Of a DNA stretch of 64,000 nt, positions 59,051 to 64,000 are shown one piece after another. Source of the stretch: an uncultured Acidobacteriota bacterium (GTDB taxonomy: Bacteria; Acidobacteriota; Vicinamibacteria; Vicinamibacterales; 2-12-FULL-66-21). Below the pieces are notes generated by a model that saw nothing but the letters and a program-made list of their open reading frames with translations, ran no database searches and was not told where the DNA came from. The DNA lies in NCBI GenBank assembly GCA_963750935.1, contig CAVVSR010000017.1, positions 500 through 64,499 of the forward strand, in the 5' to 3' direction. Positions within the stretch are counted from its first letter, which is position 1. The number at the start of each line of letters is the position of its first letter. The position numbers were made by a program, and so were the translations under genes.

Positions 59051-60920
59051 CTCGACGACGCGTTCAGGGGGCAGCCTGAAGAACGTCGGCGCGCGCACCG
59101 CGTTGCGGGCCATCAGCACGAACAGCCGCTCGCGCCACGTCGCCATCCCCGGCTGCTTCGTCACGATCAGCGTTTCGCGCCCCAGGAAATACACCACGTC
59201 GTCCTCGTCGAACTGCAGGCCCAGCTTGCGCGAGCGCCGCAGCGCTTCGGGCACGTCCGGGTCCTCCATGAACCCGTAGCGGAGCGTCAGATCGTAGACG
59301 CCGTGACCCAGCGGACGAATCGAGATCTGCTCCGCCGGCGGGACGTGCGGCACCGGCTGCGTCGTGATCATCAGCGTCACGACCTGCTCGTGCAGCACCT
59401 TGTTGTAGCGAACATTGTGGGCGAGCGCCGGCGGCGTGCCGCGCGGCTGCGCGGTCATGAACACCGCCGTGCCGGAGACGCGTGCCGGCCGGTCCTCGGC
59501 CATACGGGCGAGAAAGTCCTCGATCGGTATCGCTCGCGCGGTCAGGCGCTCGGCCACGATCCGGCGACCCGTCTTCCAGGTGGTCATCAGCGTGAACAGC
59601 AGCCAGCCAATCACCAGCGGCAGCCAGCCGCCATGGGCGATCTTCAGCGCGTTCGCGCCGAAGAACGCCAGGTCGATGACCAGGAAGATGCCGGTGACGG
59701 TCCACGCCACCGCCGGATGCCAGCCCCACCGCTCGGTCGCGACGACCTGCAGCAGCACCGCCGTGATGACCATCGTCAGCGTGACCGCGATGCCGTACGC
59801 GGCGGCCAGCGCCGTCGACGAGCCGAACCCGATGACGATCAGGATCGTGCTGACCATCAGCGCCCAGTTCACCTGCGGGCACGTAGACCTGCCCCATCTC
59901 CGAGTGCGAGGTGTGGTCGATCTCGAGGCGAGGACAGTAGCCAAGCTGAATCGCCTGCTGCGTCAGCGAGAACGCGCCGGAGATCAAGCGCCTGGGACGC
60001 GATGATCGCCGCCGCTGTCGCGAGCGCGATCAGCGGAAGCAGGGCCCACTCCGGCGCCAGCAGGAAGAAGGGCTGCTCTGCTGCGTCAGGCCTGGAGAGA
60101 AGCAGCGCCCCCTGGCCGAAGTAGTTCAGCAGCAGGGCCGGCAGCACCAGCGCGAACCAGGCGACCCGGATCGGACGCTTGCCGAAGTGGCCCATGTCCG
60201 CGTAGAGCGCCTCTCCGCCGGTGACCACGAGGAACACCGCGCCGAGGACCGCGAAGCCGTGCCAGCCGTGCTCGCGGAAGAACGCGACCGCGTAGCGGGG
60301 GTCGACGGCGGTCAGCACGACCGGCTCGGAGAGCAACGACCGCACGCCGAGAAAGGCGATGGTCACGAACCACGCGACCATGATCGGACCGAACAGCCGG
60401 CCGACGCTGTGCGTCCCGTGGCGCTGAATCGCGAAGACGCCGATCAGGATGAGCACGGCGACCGGGACGACGTAGGGTTCCAGCAGCGGCGTGGCGAGCT
60501 TGAGTCCCTCGACCGCGCCGAGCACCGTGATCGCCGGCGTGATCATGCCGTCGCCATACAGCAGCGCCGCGCCGAAGATCCCGAGCAGGACCAGGACGCC
60601 CCAGCCGCGCCGACTCTCGCTGCGCTGCGGCAGCAGCGCCGTCAGCGCCAGGATGCCGCCCTCGCCCTGGTTGTCGGCGCGCATGACGATCGCGATGTAC
60701 TTGATCGAGATCACCACGAGCAGCGAGTAGATGATCAGCGACAGCACCCCGAGCACGTTGTCGTGCGTCGCGGGGACGGAGTGCGAACCGAAGAAACATT
60801 CCCGCATCGCGTAGAGCGGGCTGGTGCCGATGTCGCCATAGACGACGCCGATGGCGGTCAGCGTCAAGGGAACGAGCTTGCGCGGGATCGTGTGACCGGT
60901 GCGGCTCCGGAGTCGGTCAT
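59027..60920 (-). pseudogene. kup: KUP/HAK/KT potassium uptake protein, two clear and one probable frame break
   Basis: GVVYGDIGTSPLYAM and the membrane domain are in ORF 59869..60867. The middle piece is [33 protein letters not shown] (ORF from 59987). The rest is VNWALMVST...VELGVQVEI (ORF 59027..59944). Breaks at AA 59986-59987 and GGG 59877-59879. The ATG at 60920 (ATGA overlap with the upstream stop) needs a further shift near 60885-60895. Confidence 0.9.
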
Positions 60921-61904
60921 CGGGCCGCCCCGGGCGCCCGAGCCGGCGCGCTCGCTGCCGGAAACGTTCCCGTCAGCGGCACGCCCATCGGGCCAACCGG
61001 GATGTAGACCGTCGTGTGGTTCGGCGAGTTCACCATCAGCTTCTGCGCCTCGATGGCTTCGTGCTGGATGTAGAGCGCGCTCAGCTGCCCGCGAATGATC
61101 TGCATGGCGTTGGCGATCCCCGCCGCCTGCACCTCGCGCTTCGTCCGTTCCTTGCGCTCGATTTCGATCTCGGTGTCCTTGCGTTCGAGCTCCTGCGTGG
61201 CCGCCAGCTTGCGCGACACCGCGTCGGCCACCTCGGACGGGTACTGGACGTTGCCGACCACGACGCTGCTGATCACGAACGGGCTGGTCTCGGCGTACTG
61301 ACGGATGCGGTTCAGCACCGCCTCGCCGATGGGAATGAGCTCGTCCTTGACCGTCAGGCCATTCCGGCGCTGCACTTCGTCGCGGGCGTAGGTGCGCAGC
61401 GGCTCACGAACGAAGTGACCGTAGGCCACCTTGACGATGGCGTCGGGTGACTTCTCCGTGCTGCCGTTGGTGACGGTCGTGCTGAAGCGCTCCATGAACA
61501 GGGGCACGCGCGCTTCGTCGACGCGCCAGACGGTGTGCACCGCGAACGAGATCTTCAGGTTGTCGCGGCTGAGAACCGCGTGGTCGCCGAGGAAGTCTTC
61601 GGTGTAGGTGTACGGCGTGACGCTGACGTTCGTGACGTCGAGCAGCCACGTGCGTCCGGCGGACGTCGGCCCTCGCTGCACGCCGTAGAAGCGGCTCTTG
61701 CCGAACACCGCGCCTTTGGTGAGATAGCCGACATACCCGGCCGGGGTGTAGGGATTGCGCGATCCGAGCAGCCAGAGGACGGATCCGCCGATGGCCAACG
61801 AGCATCAGCAGGACCAGCAGACCGCGACGGACTAGGAATCGGAGAAATGCGACGGCTGAAACGCCATCGCGACGCCCGAGCAGCAACACGGCAGGCCTCC
61901 ACAC
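60917..61904 (-). CDS. SPFH/band-7 (prohibitin-like) membrane protein; N-terminal TM segment in another frame
   Basis: The SPFH core is in ORF 60917..61798 (..DNLKISFAVHTVWRVD...AQKLMVNSPNHTTVYIP). The upstream hydrophobic anchor FLVRRGLLVLLMLV is in the frame of ORF 61404..61904 and joins AIGGSVLWLL at CC 61795-61796. Confidence 0.75.
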
Positions 61905-62103
61905 GCCTGCGAGGTTAGCTGACGGGCTCGAGCTTGGAGTTGCTCTATCGGCCTTCGCCCTTTCGGGCTCCGGACGAATTCGCCCCGGTGCGCGTTGATT
62001 CGCGCCATGGGTCCCCCGCGACGCTAAAGCGTCTTCGGCGTACCTTCGACCATACGCCTGTGGTGGGACGCCGTCAAGTTGACCTGGTTGCGGATGAAGG
62101 CGC

Positions 62104-62331
62104 GTGAAGGCCTTTCGAGGTCAACGCGCCGCTCGGCGGCCCGCAGTATCTTCGGGGTCTGCGATCCCTACGGTGCTTCGGTTGAAGGTCCGTCCTCCTG
62201 CGCCCCACTGTCCCGTGTGCAACATGCCGATGGTTCTCGTCGCCGAAGCTGAGCAAGCGCGCATCTACCGATGCGAGACGTGCCGGGTCGGGCTGTCGGT
62301 CAAGCGGGCTCCGCCGCCGAAACCGAAATAG
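62104..62331 (+). CDS. possible small zinc-ribbon protein
   Basis: HCPVCNMPMVLVAEAEQARIYRCETCRV has CxxC-x17-CxxC spacing and is followed by a basic tail KRAPPPKPK. An alternative GTG start lies at 62173. Coding status unproven. Confidence 0.25.
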   Translation: MKAFRGQRAARRPAVSSGSAIPTVLRLKVRPPAPHCPVCNMPMVLVAEAEQARIYRCETCRVGLSVKRAPPPKPK

Positions 62332-62424
62332 TCCGGGGCCAGAAGCGGGAGTGCCTCACAGTCGTATCCGCGCTCGAAGCCGGCACCCTATCGAGAGCGG
62401 TTCGAGAAGGGGTAAGCTCGGCCG

Positions 62425-64000
62425 GTGAAGATTTCCACCGGGACTCGCCTCGGCCCGTACGAGGTCCTCGCGCCTCTGGGCGCGGGCGGCATGGGAGAGG
62501 TTTACCGCGCGCGGGATCAGAAGCTTGACCGGGATGTGGCGATCAAGGTCCTCCCGCAGTCCCTTGCGGCCGATCCCGACATGCTGGCCCGCTTCGAGCG
62601 CGAGGCGAAGGCGGTCGCGGCGCTCTCTCATCCGAACATCCTGTCCATCTTTGATTTCGGCGTGCATGGAGGAATCTCCTACGCCGTGATGGAGCTGCTC
62701 GAGGGTGAGACGCTGCGCGGGAAGATCGAGACCGGCCCGATCCCCCAGAATCAGGCCGTGGACTACGCGCTCCAGGTGGCGAAGGGTCTCTCTGCAGCGC
62801 ACGCCAAGGGCATCGTCCATCGAGACCTGAAGCCCGAGAATCTGTTCGTCACGAGAGACGGTCACGTGAAGATCCTCGACTTCGGCCTCGCGAAGCGAGT
62901 CGAGACTGTGGCGGCTGGGGAGATGACCGGGCCAACGCGCTCAGGCCACACGGAGCCCGGGACGATCATGGGGACCGCGGGCTACATGTCGCCCGAGCAG
63001 GTGAAGGGATTGCCGGTCGACTACCGCTCGGACATCTTCTCGTTCGGCGTGATCCTCTACGAGCTGCTCTCGGGGAGGAAGGCATTCCGGCGAGAGACGA
63101 ATGTCGAGACGATGGCGGCCATCATGCGTGACGAACCGCCGGAGCTGGCGGAGTCAGCGCGGAACGTCTCGCCGGCCCTCGACCGCATCGTCAAGCATTG
63201 CCTGGAGAAGGACCGGGAGCAGCGGTTCCAGTCGGCCAGGGACATCACCTTCAACCTCCTGGAGCTGTCGTCGCAGACAGGAGCTTCTGTCACCGACTCC
63301 GGCGCCACGCGCGCCGAGGAAGGTTTCTGGGTCGCGGTGCTGCCGTTCAAGTACAGCGGCGGCAACGCAGATCTCACGGCTCTGGCAGAGGGGCTTTCCG
63401 AAGACGTCGTGACCGGCCTGTCGCGTTTCTCCTACTTGAAGGTGATCGCGCGCGGCTCGACCTCGCGTTTCGCGAGTGCGTCCGTCGACGTCCGCGCGGC
63501 GGGCAAGGAACTCGGCGCTCGCTACGTGATGGAAGGCAACCTGCGTCACGCGGGAGGCAAGTTGCGCCTGGCCGTGCAACTCGTGGACGCGGTCTCCGGC
63601 GCGCATCTCTGGGCCGAGAGCTACGAGCGCACCTTCAACGCGGAGACCGTTTTCGAGCTGCAGGACGAATTGGTTCCGCGGATTGTGTCGACGGTCGCCG
63701 ACTGGTACGGCATCTTGCCCCACAGCATGAGTGAAGCGGTGAGGAGCAAGCCCGTCGACCAGCTGAGCCCGTACGAGGCGTTGCTGCGCAGCTTCGGCTA
63801 CTACGAGCGCGTCACCCCCGATGAGCACGCCGTCGTGCGCCCGTTGCTGGAGCGGGCCGTCGAGCAGGCACCAGGGAATGCTGCGGCCTGGGCCATGCTG
63901 TCCATGATCTACGGGGAGGAGCACCGGTTCGGGTTCAACGCCGAACCCGACTCTCTCGGCCGCTCGCTCCGGGCCGCGCAGCGTGCGGCCGAAGCCGCGC
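62425..64000 (+). CDS. Ser/Thr protein kinase with a C-terminal extension, 3' end outside the window
   Basis: I translated this by hand. The frame is open from the GTG at 62425 to the window end (525 codons), yet it is absent from the ORF track. Motifs: GAGGMGEVYRA, VAIKVL, HRDLKPENL, DFGLAK and GYMSPEQ. After about 290 aa comes WVAVLPFKYSGGNADLTALAEGLSEDVVTGLSR, a segment I cannot assign to a family with confidence, then helical repeats. Confidence 0.9.
   Translation, partial: MKISTGTRLGPYEVLAPLGAGGMGEVYRARDQKLDRDVAIKVLPQSLAADPDMLARFEREAKAVAALSHPNILSIFDFGVHGGISYAVMELLEGETLRGKIETGPIPQNQAVDYALQVAKGLSAAHAKGIVHRDLKPENLFVTRDGHVKILDFGLAKRVETVAAGEMTGPTRSGHTEPGTIMGTAGYMSPEQVKGLPVDYRSDIFSFGVILYELLSGRKAFRRETNVETMAAIMRDEPPELAESARNVSPALDRIVKHCLEKDREQRFQSARDITFNLLELSSQTGASVTDSGATRAEEGFWVAVLPFKYSGGNADLTALAEGLSEDVVTGLSRFSYLKVIARGSTSRFASASVDVRAAGKELGARYVMEGNLRHAGGKLRLAVQLVDAVSGAHLWAESYERTFNAETVFELQDELVPRIVSTVADWYGILPHSMSEAVRSKPVDQLSPYEALLRSFGYYERVTPDEHAVVRPLLERAVEQAPGNAAAWAMLSMIYGEEHRFGFNAEPDSLGRSLRAAQRAAEAA

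Noticed and set aside
1-64000. Frame breaks as programmed ribosomal frameshifts, or as evidence of a decaying, host-restricted genome.
   Set aside because: There are too many breaks and none has a slippery-site or stimulator context. Essential genes are hit while their sequences remain perfectly conserved. Most breaks are single inserted bases in short homopolymers, which is a technical signature. The 7-bp duplication in the fdhE-like gene is kept as a possible exception.

Overview
High-GC bacterial chromosomal segment. The gene content suggests Acidobacteriota: a VWFA-related acidobacterial-type protein, a CarboxypepD_reg-type TonB-dependent receptor and secreted FG-GAP/VCBS repeat proteins. 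This placement is an inference from family content only. I found no rRNA, tRNA, CRISPR array, transposase or integrase.

Gene order, left to right:
- Partial membrane protein, then a large secreted metalloprotease/FN3/FG-GAP protein.
- der, HU/IHF and an M50 protease.
- A long minus-strand array, tightly coupled by ATGA/GTGA overlaps: ugd-galE-GT2-ABC exporter-yicC-gmk-rpoZ-coaBC-udg-priA.
- A divergent plus-strand polysaccharide locus: GT4, GT4, GT2, GT4, GT4, polyprenyl glycosylphosphotransferase and UDP-glucuronate decarboxylase.
- A second coupled minus-strand array: MFS-tsaC-hflX-TPR/SLH lipoprotein-pgsA.
- Acyl-CoA dehydrogenase, DUF62 SAM hydrolase, a methyltransferase and bactofilin.
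- iscS-mnmA, trxB-trxA, glgA with a basic N-terminal extension, an fdhE-like gene and a PBP5-type carboxypeptidase.
- A gene-poor gap followed by a small Cys/His protein and an orphan SPPY-type DNA methyltransferase.
- A TonB-dependent receptor, then a VWA protein with two conserved hypotheticals.
- Receiver domain-hemE-hemY-O-methyltransferase, arginase and a second receiver domain.
- MarR, a PAT-like acetyltransferase and a flavoprotein with Cys-rich tails.
- kup, an SPFH protein and a 3'-truncated Ser/Thr kinase. The kinase ORF is absent from the supplied ORF track.

The dominant unusual signal is technical. About two dozen single-base frame breaks split otherwise well-conserved genes. Roughly 4 in 5 behave as one-base insertions, often in short homopolymers, so I read most of them as assembly or consensus indels rather than true pseudogenes. 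I label these loci pseudogene, meaning as sequenced.

I saw no clear novel multi-gene system such as a defence island. The best candidates for follow-up are listed in the findings with modest scores.
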